Source: a virus
DNA: 64,000 nucleotides
Reading direction: 5' to 3' (one strand)
IMG/VR virus record: IMGVR_UViG_3300036981_000255
Location: 1 to 64,000 of that record
Shown: one piece after another, positions 38,793-47,510 of the stretch
Layout: every line of letters begins with the position of its first letter
How positions within the stretch are numbered: the stretch's first letter is position 1
The notes under the pieces: generated by a model
Database searches by the model: none
What the model was told of the DNA's origin: nothing
What the model saw: the letters and a program-made list of their open reading frames with translations, nothing else
Program-made: the position numbers and the translations under genes

Positions 38793-39386
38793 TCAGTCAA
38801 TTTCTTTGTAACTTTTTTCACCATCTACAACGTGTGTCCACTTAACAGTTTCAACGTCAGATTTACAAAAATCAATAGATGTTATTTTAGCCTTTAGATT
38901 TACAGAAATTAATCGTCCACCTTTTGGGTTATCACGAATGATTTCAGGATTTTTTAAAAACTTTAAACCGTAACTTTTATCATCCATTTCATTTGGCGCA
39001 ACATCGGTTGGAACAATGTCAAATTTCAAATATCCTTCACTATCGTCAGAAACGTTAGAATTTTCAAACTTTACATCAGATAACTTATAAACATATCTTC
39101 CCTCATCAGTTGTAACTTCGATTATCAAAAATTTCAAATCGTTTTCACAAACGATAAATTCTAAAGTTCTATAAACAATATCGTTGAAATATTTCTTTTG
39201 ATATTCAAACTGAATTTCTATTGGTTTCCAAAAGTTAAGTCTATTGAATGCCAATTCATCATCTTCACATTCAAGGTGAACCTTTGTTTTTGTTTGTAAA
39301 TCATTTGGAAGTTTGATTGCCGATGGCTCAAAATCCATTATATCGGCTAAGGAGATTATTGTTTTCATTTTGTTTGTTTTCATCAA
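38793..39386 (-). CDS. Hypothetical protein (weak tail-tube-like motifs)
   Basis: 197 aa; WKPIEIQF and LIIEVTTDEG. Confidence 0.55.
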   Translation of the reverse strand: MMKTNKMKTIISLADIMDFEPSAIKLPNDLQTKTKVHLECEDDELAFNRLNFWKPIEIQFEYQKKYFNDIVYRTLEFIVCENDLKFLIIEVTTDEGRYVYKLSDVKFENSNVSDDSEGYLKFDIVPTDVAPNEMDDKSYGLKFLKNPEIIRDNPKGGRLISVNLKAKITSIDFCKSDVETVKWTHVVDGEKSYKEID

Positions 39387-39425
39387 TATAACAACCTTTT
39401 AACATTATTAAAGTGATGGCAATAG

Positions 39426-39493
39426 ACAAAAAAAAGACATTCAAAGGATATTCAACCGAAAAATCCGTTGAAATTCTTTGAATGTCTTTTGAC
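39426..39493 (-). terminator. Strong hairpin plus U-run, terminator of the former tail-tube allele
   Basis: AAAAGACATTCAAAG ... CTTTGAATGTCTTTT with 8 U on the minus strand, about 45 nt after the orphan CTT TAT TAA. Confidence 0.75.
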
Positions 39494-39534
39494 TTGGGGA
39501 TGTCTTTAGACTAGATAAAAAAACTGATGAAAGG

Positions 39535-39543
39535 TTAATAAAG
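39535..39543 (-). pseudogene. Orphan last codons (L-Y-stop) of the former tail-tube allele
   Basis: Joining to 41045 gives ...QYCLR|LY*, the same end as the intact tail tube gene. Confidence 0.8.
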
Positions 39544-39574
39544 TATTGTCATCGTTAATCAGTAACCATACAAT

Positions 39575-39600
39575 ATCGTTGAAAATCATATAAAAGTTCC
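39575..39600 (-). promoter_or_regulatory. GGAACT-N17-GAT variant promoter motif, facing out of element 2
   Basis: Homologous to 1257-1282. Confidence 0.5.
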
Positions 39601-39611
39601 ATAAAAAAAAC

Positions 39612-39670
39612 TTTATCGCAACCGAGTTTACGAAGGTTTATCATAAACGAATTTATGAGGTTTAATTCCA
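39612..39670 (+). repeat. Two palindromic units, a 49-nt insertion relative to element 1
   Basis: ATCGCAACCGAGTTTACGAAGGTTT + ATCATAAACGAATTTATGAGGTTT. Confidence 0.75.
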
Positions 39671-39672
39671 AC

Positions 39673-39680
39673 TATTTATA
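39673..39680 (+). promoter_or_regulatory. TATTTATA putative late promoter upstream of tnpB2
   Basis: Conserved with 1306-1313. Confidence 0.6.
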
Positions 39681-39712
39681 GTTATATTATAACAAAAACA
39701 AAACACTATCAA

Positions 39713-40975
39713 TTGCTAAGAACATCCCGACATAGTATCAGTAACACAGCAAATCAAGGCAAACTCAATGTTTTGGGGCAATTCGTTAATGATTACAAAC
39801 ATGATGTTCAATTGTTTGTTAATAAGATTGTCAAAGGTGAATTTCCGTTACAAACACTATATTCTCCAAAGGGTGTTGAAGGTGCAATCTTAAAACACAG
39901 TAAATACAAACGTGACATTTACACAAAAGCAAGTCAAATAGTTAGAGGAGAAATAGCAGCAGCCGAGGAACGCAGATACCAAGCCTACAAGAAATTGTAC
40001 AAGAAACTTATTAAGCTAAATATTCATACTGCATTCACTAATAAACGATATAGCGAACTGAACCTCAAACACATTTTCAAAACCGATTTTTTCACTATTC
40101 CAGAAATCAAAAATATCACTATTGATTTGGCAAAAGATTTGGCTGACATTCAAGACGGCAAACACTTTGACAATTTTGTAAGAATCAAACTTCCATATTT
40201 CAATGAAAAAGGCACACGAGCCTTACAAATCAAGTTACCAGTCAAAAATTACAAACATTCAAACAATTTTATCACTAAAGGTTACACAAGAAAAACGTCA
40301 ATCCAACTAAAGAAAGTCAATAACAAATTCTTCATAAACTTCTTGTGGGAAAAAAACGAAATCAAAAAATCAAAACTATCTTTCAAACCCAAAGTAAAAG
40401 CCAAATCAAAAACAGACGAACGCCCTAAACAAAGCGACATAATTCTATCCAAAACAGATAACTCAATGGGCATTGACTTAGGCTACAAAAAACTAATTGT
40501 AACGTCTAAAGGTCAAATCTTAGGAACTGATATGATAAACATTTACAAGAAATTGGTGGCTTGTAAAAGTGGAACAGCAAAATATAAACGTTTAAAAAGA
40601 GAACGAGATAACAAAATAAACTTCTATGTCAATCAAATTGACTTTGATGGTGTTGAAGTTTTGAAAATCGAAGACCTCAAAGACGTAAAAAAAGATTCAA
40701 AAGGTAAAAAATCAAAAAAGATAAATTCACTTCTCTCAAAATGGATTTATCCAAAAATTATAAGTAAAATAACGATGACATGTGAGGACAAAGGTATTTT
40801 GTTGGTAAAGGTTTTACCAGCATATACATCACAAACATGTTCATCTTGTGGTGAAATACATAGAAAGAGCCGTAAAGGTGAACTTTACAAATGTGTTTCG
40901 TGTGGTTTTGAATTGGATGCAGACTTAAATGCAGCAATCAATATCAATAACAGAGGGAGCTTGCAGTCCCCTTAA
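39713..40975 (+). CDS. tnpB: TnpB / Cas12f-like RNA-guided endonuclease (copy 2)
   Basis: GIDLG, IEDL, TCSSC..CVSC, DADLNAAINI; full-length homolog of 1343-2593; TTG start. Confidence 0.93.
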   Translation: MLRTSRHSISNTANQGKLNVLGQFVNDYKHDVQLFVNKIVKGEFPLQTLYSPKGVEGAILKHSKYKRDIYTKASQIVRGEIAAAEERRYQAYKKLYKKLIKLNIHTAFTNKRYSELNLKHIFKTDFFTIPEIKNITIDLAKDLADIQDGKHFDNFVRIKLPYFNEKGTRALQIKLPVKNYKHSNNFITKGYTRKTSIQLKKVNNKFFINFLWEKNEIKKSKLSFKPKVKAKSKTDERPKQSDIILSKTDNSMGIDLGYKKLIVTSKGQILGTDMINIYKKLVACKSGTAKYKRLKRERDNKINFYVNQIDFDGVEVLKIEDLKDVKKDSKGKKSKKINSLLSKWIYPKIISKITMTCEDKGILLVKVLPAYTSQTCSSCGEIHRKSRKGELYKCVSCGFELDADLNAAININNRGSLQSP

Positions 40976-41066
40976 CCAAAAAACTGGATTTGTGTGAAAA
41001 TGTGAAATCTTTAGGATTCTATGTTTTTATATGGATTTGGTAACTCTTAGGCAGTATTGCAGTTGG
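40953..41066 (+). ncRNA. Putative omegaRNA of tnpB2 (scaffold to 41046, guide from 41047 TTAGGCAGTATTGCAGTTGG)
   Basis: 21-bp stem 40983-41003/41021-41041; conserved with 2571-2663. Confidence 0.75.
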
Positions 41067-41116
41067 ATTGAAAATGAAATTTCTCTAACTTTAACATCAG
41101 TGTAGTCAAAAGTTCC
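41045..41116 (-). pseudogene. 72-nt remnant of a divergent tail-tube allele
   Basis: GTFDYTDVKVREISFSIQLQYCLR versus GEFSYGDAKVREISFTIQPQRCLR at 41497-41568; 17/24 aa, 49/72 nt, no gaps. Confidence 0.88.
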
Positions 41117-41120
41117 CATC

Positions 41121-41490
41121 TACCTTAAAAAAAGAAGAAGGGCGTTTCATTGTAATTTATACAGAACAAGACTTATCAAGCAAATTATTAAAACAAAATA
41201 TTGTCAAATTGTCTGGAACAGACATAACAAACAAAACACGTCATAAAACAAGTGAGAATCGTTCCAAAGAAACAAGGTTACATCGTTTTTGAAGTGGTCT
41301 ATGAAGTCAAAGAAATTCCAAAAAAGAAAGACAATAAACGTTACCTTTCAATAGACTTAGGCATCAACAATCTATCAACGTTATCAAAGCACAAATCATC
41401 AACGGTAAACCACTAAAATCAATAAACCAAATTTCCAATAAACAAGTATCAAAACTGAAATCAATTATCACAACGATAAATAAAAAACTA
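41121..41490 (+). pseudogene. tnpB: Frameshifted fragment of a different TnpB family
   Basis: Across frames: EGRFIVIYTEQ...KLSGT / IKQVRIVPK..YIVFEVVYE...YLSIDLGINNL / IINGKPLKSINQ..NK. Confidence 0.8.
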
Positions 41491-41979
41491 GTAAAGTCTT
41501 AGGCAACGTTGTGGTTGTATAGTAAATGAAATTTCACGGACTTTTGCATCACCATAACTAAATTCACCAAAATCTAATTCACCTGTTACAATGGCATTTT
41601 CAATCAACCATTTAGATACTGCTACACCAGTTGGGTCTAATAGTTCAAGTTCAAGATTTTTTGCGCATCCTATATTGTATCCCATACGACCTGTGGCAGA
41701 TTCAGCGTGAAGACGTACCCACTCCATCAATGCTTCACCTTGAGAGGGTGCAACAAAATCTCTAACTTTTATTGCCATTTCTTTCCACTCATACGAGCCA
41801 TTCACGTATGTTTTAGTATTTAAAAAAGCAATATCAATTTTTTGCAAGGACATTTTCGGTGAACCGCAAGATATTAATGACCATGTTTGAATACCAACAT
41901 CTGATGGAAAACGTAAAATCCAACGATTTGTTAGCATAATTTCATATTGCAAAGGACTTTTTAATAGTAAATCCGCCAT
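41488..41979 (-). CDS. Tail tube protein (gp19-like)
   Basis: NRWILRFP...WKEMAIKVRD...LMEWVR...LELLDPTGVAVSKW...QPQRC; near the sheath gene. Confidence 0.88.
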   Translation of the reverse strand: MADLLLKSPLQYEIMLTNRWILRFPSDVGIQTWSLISCGSPKMSLQKIDIAFLNTKTYVNGSYEWKEMAIKVRDFVAPSQGEALMEWVRLHAESATGRMGYNIGCAKNLELELLDPTGVAVSKWLIENAIVTGELDFGEFSYGDAKVREISFTIQPQRCLRLY

Positions 41980-42110
41980 GATAATCAGTAAGTTATATAT
42001 TTTATTTGTTCTTTGTTGTTGCTCAATTTTGGCAACCTCTTTTTTATTCCAAAGATAAACTTTATGAATCTTTATATTAAATATCAGTCAAATGATTTTT
42101 TTTATAATCA

Positions 42111-42296
42111 TCAGACAGGATTACAAACAACCGCACAAGTGAATGTCAATGCTTGAACATTTGGGCATTGTTGTGCTTGTTTTGCAGTAATCTGTGTATT
42201 CGTCATTATATCAAAATAAACCACAGACGTTGTAACAGTTCCATCTGGATTCATCATATTGATTGTCATTTTTCTAATGTTATCGCAATTAATCAT
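42111..42296 (-). CDS. Small hypothetical protein
   Basis: 61-aa ORF in the tail cluster. Confidence 0.55.
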   Translation of the reverse strand: MINCDNIRKMTINMMNPDGTVTTSVVYFDIMTNTQITAKQAQQCPNVQALTFTCAVVCNPV

Positions 42297-42303
42297 AAGA
42301 TAT

Positions 42304-43827
42304 TTATTTTCTTTTTCTTTTTCTTTTGTTCTTGTTTGCTTTGAGCGCTTCTTGCTCTCTCAACTTTTTCATCGTTAATTTGATGAAAATTTCAACATTA
42401 CCTTTTACGTGGTTTACAACTGATTCATCTGTGAAAATTTTCTCTAACACATTGGACATTGATTTGAATGCTTCGTCTTTAAGATAAAGTCCTCGTGAGT
42501 TCTTGACAACATATTTTAAAATCGGTAAAGTCACAATTTCAGCAACTCTTGAAACACTTCTTCCATCAATAATGTTTTCAATATCTTGGTAATCCATACC
42601 AAAAACAGCCGTTTTGACTTCACGTTTGATTTCAGTTCGTAAATTTGGAAGATTGTCAAGAATACCATCCAATATTTTCCACTTATTCCGTTCAATTGAA
42701 CCCTTCAAATGCCTACCTTTAAACTCGTCATATTTATCACTAAAATACCCTTCAGACATTTGATTATTCATCAGTTTTTTCACACCTAAAACATCACCAA
42801 CATCAAGCAACGTTATCAACATCTTATGAATATTTTGTTTATCAATAGTGTTCAATTTTTCCATTGAATCAACAAACATTTTACTGATTTGATTACCGAT
42901 ATTAGAATCTAAATTTAAACTATCAAAAAACTTGTCCAAGTTTTCTTCACCATCATCAATAATTTTTACCAACTCTTTAATTTCAGGCGCAATAAAATCT
43001 TTGGCAGTTACTTCATTCAATAGTTTATCATAAATATCATAAGATTCATTTTTATTCGCTTGACTTTGCAAAAAACTGATGATTTCACGATATTTAGGGA
43101 CAAATGATTTTTTAACCCAATTGGAATATGTTTCTTTGTATTGTTTGAACTGTCCAATAGACTTTTCATCATTCATTTGACTTTCAACATTGTCGAAAAC
43201 ATTTAAAATGTTGTCATTTGATTTTCTACTAACTCCACTTGATTGTGGTTGGGCAGTTTTTGCATTTGGCAACACACTAGAAATCAAATCTTGGTATTCT
43301 TTTGAATTTGAAAGGTCTTGTAATTTACCTTTTAAAACTTTCTCAAGATTTGTCTGCAACATCTCACGAACTTTACCATTTCTCACAACTTCTCCAAGGG
43401 CTTCAAACACATGTCTATCGAGTTCACTATTACCAGTGGATACTTTGGACATTAATGGTGTATATTGACGGATTTTACCGCCTATGGATGCTTCACCGAA
43501 TGTCTTATCAACAAAGTAAGAAAGCATTGGAATCCCTATAAGTCTAAAGACGTTTTGATAGTCCGTAGAGTTTGGATTTTTTTGATAATCAGTCAACGTT
43601 TTTAAAATATCAACGTTTGATTTCCCTGCTTCAATTAACTTTTTGTACAAATATTTTGCAAATTCGCCTTCAAATGTTTGTGAAAGAATAGATGCAATTT
43701 TTTTGTTATTGATACTTTGTTCTGACGAGCCGAAATTACGAATCTTGTTCAATACAGATTTGGGGTCAATTTCATTCAATTGACCCCTCTGTTCAAGTTT
43801 TATTTGTTCAAGTATGTAATCTCGCAC
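42304..43827 (-). CDS. Hypothetical virion-associated helical protein with an internal repeat
   Basis: 507 aa; IGIPMLSYFVDK and VTLPILKYVVKN segments; LNE motifs. Confidence 0.65.
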   Translation of the reverse strand: MRDYILEQIKLEQRGQLNEIDPKSVLNKIRNFGSSEQSINNKKIASILSQTFEGEFAKYLYKKLIEAGKSNVDILKTLTDYQKNPNSTDYQNVFRLIGIPMLSYFVDKTFGEASIGGKIRQYTPLMSKVSTGNSELDRHVFEALGEVVRNGKVREMLQTNLEKVLKGKLQDLSNSKEYQDLISSVLPNAKTAQPQSSGVSRKSNDNILNVFDNVESQMNDEKSIGQFKQYKETYSNWVKKSFVPKYREIISFLQSQANKNESYDIYDKLLNEVTAKDFIAPEIKELVKIIDDGEENLDKFFDSLNLDSNIGNQISKMFVDSMEKLNTIDKQNIHKMLITLLDVGDVLGVKKLMNNQMSEGYFSDKYDEFKGRHLKGSIERNKWKILDGILDNLPNLRTEIKREVKTAVFGMDYQDIENIIDGRSVSRVAEIVTLPILKYVVKNSRGLYLKDEAFKSMSNVLEKIFTDESVVNHVKGNVEIFIKLTMKKLREQEALKANKNKRKRKRK

Positions 43828-43840
43828 TTTTCGTTATTTG

Positions 43841-46800
43841 TTAAATATTTGTAAAATCAACCCCTACTGGTGAAAGCACAAATTCAATGTTGATGTACTC
43901 TAAAGTTCTAATAGGTTGAATCGCAATTTTACAATTCATGGCATTACTATTGAAACTATCGGCTGAACGGTCAATTTGAATTTGATAATCAAAAATACCA
44001 CGTTCATCACGGATGTTCGCCAAAATCGGATTCACAAGATTTTCAAATTGTCTTCTGACTTCTTCATCGTTTTGTTCAAACAATAATGTTAAAGACACAT
44101 CTTCAATTAAACGTCTCATGTACAAGATTAAACGTCTAACGTTGATACGGTCAAGAGCAGATTCTGCAATTTGTAGATTTTTATTACCCCAAATATACAC
44201 TGGGCTAGTTCCGTTTGCTTGTTTGAGTGTGATAAGTGAATTGATACGTCCTTCAAATAAAGCATCACGCTCATCGAATGTCAATTTCTTTCTCGCTTGT
44301 CTAAATTCAGTTTCACCTATTTTTGTACCAGCAGCAGCGCCCCAAGGTTTTCTCAATTTATCATTCAAAGCAAAAATACGCATCGCTTCAGCAGTGGGTG
44401 GCAACCACAAATAAACATTGTTCACTTCATCAAACATTTGACCCCAAGGAAAATACGTTGCTGTATAACTTGAGTCAAACAAACCATCAATTACACCAGC
44501 AGCATCTTTTGCTTTTAAAGTTTGTCCACCTGAATCTTGGTCAAGAGTAGTTGTAACGTAGAATGTATCACAACGCTCGTTTTCAACCATATCAATAGTT
44601 TCTTCGATAAGGTCAGTGTTTTCAGTTGTGTTCAAATTAGGTGTTGCCAACAAGTTCATACGAATTTCATCTCTATTCGCTAGAACTCTGATACCTTCCA
44701 AATATGCGTAAAAGTCAGAATTGATAACAGTTTGACCGTTATTGATATTTTCAGAAGAATATACACCAAAATTTCCACTGACTAAACCTTTTTGTCCAAG
44801 GCTTCCTTTTACAGAATATTGGTCTGTGTTTGTACGTCTTTTTCTATGAATATCCCAACCGTCAAAGCCACCATAAACCATCATTGTGAATTTTCTTGCG
44901 AAAACTTGTTCGTAATCAGTACCAACCATGTCAGATTCGTTTTGGAACGCAAATTCACCTCTGTCAAACTCTACAGCTCCAAAGCCTTCAACTGTTACCC
45001 CTGTGGCATTAACGTCCATGTGGAATCCATGTGTTGAACCTGTCCAAAATGGCAAATCTGGGTCAGATGGAACACCTTTATAAGTGAAAAAGTCAGCGTC
45101 AAAACCTAATGTGTCTGTAAATCCAAGGTAAACTTGACGTATTCTGTCAAAATCTTCGTACTTAGTTTTATAAACAATTTGCGGAGCTAAAGCACACTCG
45201 TAATCACGAACAGGATAGCCTTCAAAACCTGCTGGGAATGATTCATCTTGACATTGAACACCCATTTCAATCATAATGTGCTTACTTTGCAACACATGGT
45301 CTCCATCGACTGTACCAATACGTCTTGCGATATAGTTGGTATCATTGGCTCTCAACGTAACGTTTGTGAAACTTTCCAAAACCACAGGACGTTTATCTGT
45401 ATCACCATAAGAACGAACTTGAACATCAAAAGATTTTTTGTCAGGTCTTATGTTTGTAATAGACACTTTAACATCAGTGTTTGCAGCATCACCATCAGAA
45501 AATGTATGGAAACGGAACAAACGGAACACTCTGTTACCACGAAGCTCGGATACAACCCAAGGTGTCATAGCAGGTTGATATGGCTCTTTGTAATCGTCCA
45601 AATCTTGTGTATAACAAACAGTCGGCTTGATACAATAAATCAAACCATTTTCGTACAAATAATTGAATGTTGTACCAAAAAATTCCTCCAAATATAACTG
45701 TGTTGCAGGTGGGCAACAAGGAATAAATTGTGTAAATACACGTAGAATGAAATTCTTTTTGGTTTTGTCCAATGATACGTTGTATTCAAAAGCAACACCA
45801 TTTCTGTTTGTTCCTTTGATTAAGAAATCGTCCAATGGTTTTATAATGCCACCATCCAATGATTCAATAGTGACAACATTTCCTTCAACCGCAAAATTTA
45901 GAATTTCATCTCCGTCATAAGTTGCAAATGAACGAATCAAAGCAACAATAGTGTTATCGTATTGAGCATAAGGTGTTCCTGACAATTCAATAACAGTTCC
46001 ACTAAACTCGTGTGTCACTAAACCCGATGGAATTTGGGAAACCACTTGTTGTGTTGTGCCAGAAACCACCGAAGTTGTGATGATAGTTGTACCAGTTGTG
46101 ATAGTGAAATTGACACCTTGAATGGTTTCACAGTCATAAACTGCTGCGTTTCCTGCCAAGTCGCAAATTTTATATTCACCGCCACTGAAAACGTCACCGT
46201 TAGGGAAGAAAATCGAACCATTTTCAATCACTATAGAACCGTCAACATTATGTGTAATTGTTCCACCGACTAAAGTTACAATTCCAGATTCTACAATGGT
46301 AAGTTCATTTGTATCAACGTTTTGAACAACCATTGGGTTAGTAACTGTAATAACAAATGTACTATCAGTAGTAACTGTACCACCACTATAAAGCACAAGA
46401 CAATTTTGAACTTCACTTGGGACATCAATTGTAACACCAACAGCAGTTTCACCTGTGATACAAATATAAGTTTCTTCTGATGTCAGCAATTGCATGGTAA
46501 ATCTTGCGCCTGTGAAGGTTGAACAATCGCCCATCAATGTATTCCCCAAAGAAACTGATTGACCAGTCGCCAAATCTGCTCCACCGAAAACAGTAGTTGC
46601 AATTTCACCTGCATCATACAAATCTTGCAAAACGGTGTTGCTGAAAGTTACGTTAGAAACTGCGCCATTTGCATACTTGATAGTAGCAGTGAAAGCAGAA
46701 GTTGAAGTTGTTGTGATAGTTGCAGGGTCAAGTGATGCGCCAAAAGAAATACCCCAAGAATCACCAGCATCATATCCTGTGAATCCTAAAATTCTACTGA

Positions 46801-47074
46801 CGAATAGTTGGTCTGATTCTTTCAAATATTGTTTTGCAATATACGACCCTTCGTAAATCGGTTGTTGACCTTCTGCATATTTACAAGCATCCAAATCTCC
46901 AAAGCATTGTTTGAAAAGGGAATAAGTATTAATTGCGATAGGTGTAAATGCACGTCCTTTGGGAAACTCACCAGCTATACCCAACGATGTTATACCAAAG
47001 TTTTGAGTGGTGAAAGTTAAGTCAGTTTCAGTAAAATTTATAGACGGACTAAGATTTGGTCTTTGAGTTGCCAT
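43841..47074 (-). CDS. Tail sheath protein (gp18-like) with a large insertion
   Basis: SPSINFTETD, GIAGEFPKG, YFPW, WLPPT, PWGAAAG, IWGNKNLQ...ALDRINVRRL, FEQND, QPIRTLEYINIEF. Confidence 0.95.
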   Translation of the reverse strand: MATQRPNLSPSINFTETDLTFTTQNFGITSLGIAGEFPKGRAFTPIAINTYSLFKQCFGDLDACKYAEGQQPIYEGSYIAKQYLKESDQLFVSRILGFTGYDAGDSWGISFGASLDPATITTTSTSAFTATIKYANGAVSNVTFSNTVLQDLYDAGEIATTVFGGADLATGQSVSLGNTLMGDCSTFTGARFTMQLLTSEETYICITGETAVGVTIDVPSEVQNCLVLYSGGTVTTDSTFVITVTNPMVVQNVDTNELTIVESGIVTLVGGTITHNVDGSIVIENGSIFFPNGDVFSGGEYKICDLAGNAAVYDCETIQGVNFTITTGTTIITTSVVSGTTQQVVSQIPSGLVTHEFSGTVIELSGTPYAQYDNTIVALIRSFATYDGDEILNFAVEGNVVTIESLDGGIIKPLDDFLIKGTNRNGVAFEYNVSLDKTKKNFILRVFTQFIPCCPPATQLYLEEFFGTTFNYLYENGLIYCIKPTVCYTQDLDDYKEPYQPAMTPWVVSELRGNRVFRLFRFHTFSDGDAANTDVKVSITNIRPDKKSFDVQVRSYGDTDKRPVVLESFTNVTLRANDTNYIARRIGTVDGDHVLQSKHIMIEMGVQCQDESFPAGFEGYPVRDYECALAPQIVYKTKYEDFDRIRQVYLGFTDTLGFDADFFTYKGVPSDPDLPFWTGSTHGFHMDVNATGVTVEGFGAVEFDRGEFAFQNESDMVGTDYEQVFARKFTMMVYGGFDGWDIHRKRRTNTDQYSVKGSLGQKGLVSGNFGVYSSENINNGQTVINSDFYAYLEGIRVLANRDEIRMNLLATPNLNTTENTDLIEETIDMVENERCDTFYVTTTLDQDSGGQTLKAKDAAGVIDGLFDSSYTATYFPWGQMFDEVNNVYLWLPPTAEAMRIFALNDKLRKPWGAAAGTKIGETEFRQARKKLTFDERDALFEGRINSLITLKQANGTSPVYIWGNKNLQIAESALDRINVRRLILYMRRLIEDVSLTLLFEQNDEEVRRQFENLVNPILANIRDERGIFDYQIQIDRSADSFNSNAMNCKIAIQPIRTLEYINIEFVLSPVGVDFTNI

Positions 47075-47092
47075 TCAATGTAAGTTTTTTAT

Positions 47093-47100
47093 TATAAATA
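47093..47100 (-). promoter_or_regulatory. TATTTATA putative late promoter upstream of the sheath gene
   Basis: Also at 952, 23159, 35068, 47483, 52296, 57773, 62557 (minus) and 52340 (plus). Confidence 0.7.
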
Positions 47101-47124
47101 TTTGACTTTTTTCAAATGTTTGAC

Positions 47125-47454
47125 CTATATTACTACATCGCAACTATTGACAATCTTTATTGTTGGAGAAAAATCACAATCTCCATTGACATAAACTGTT
47201 TTCAAACGGAAGTAATTGATTTCATTTTTTGTCAAGCAAGAATATTGCTGCTTTGGCATATCTATCAATGCTTTGTCAAAAGATATAAAATCAAATCCGT
47301 TTGGGCTATATTGAATTTCAATGGATTTGATATTTTCATTAGTATTATGCTGAACGTTTAAATAGATAACGCAATTGTCTGAATATCCTTCAATAGTTTG
47401 AGCGTTGACGGCAAAAGACATTAAGGAAAGCCAAATGGCTAAAATGAGTTTCAT
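47125..47454 (-). CDS. Secreted FN3-like protein of Bacteroidota type
   Basis: Signal peptide ending VNA|Q; IEIQYSPNGFDF...NYFRLKTVYVNG...FSPTI. Confidence 0.65.
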   Translation of the reverse strand: MKLILAIWLSLMSFAVNAQTIEGYSDNCVIYLNVQHNTNENIKSIEIQYSPNGFDFISFDKALIDMPKQQYSCLTKNEINYFRLKTVYVNGDCDFSPTIKIVNSCDVVI

Positions 47455-47510
47455 TTGAATTTTTAGATTTATATATGTAAATTATAAATATATGTGTATT
47501 CTATAAAAAA

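Larger units (their letters stand above)
39546..41046 (+). mobile_element. Transposase-less TnpB element 2 inserted in the 3' end of a tail-tube allele
   Basis: Left 44 nt align without gaps to element 1; right end GGTAACTC; empty site taaAGTCttaggca; ends uncertain by 2 nt. Confidence 0.85.

Noticed and set aside
39713-40975. Nuclease-dead TnpB repressor (TldR-like) regulating the tail tube gene
   Set aside because: All three RuvC acidic residues are present, and the partial match is only a 7-nt seed at the gene's 3' end, not a promoter.
41488-41490. TAG stop-codon reassignment as in some Bacteroidota jumbo phages
   Set aside because: Long genes are intact in code 11 and TAG ends genes at sensible places (41488, 57786, 61628); the old tube allele has TAA at the equivalent position.
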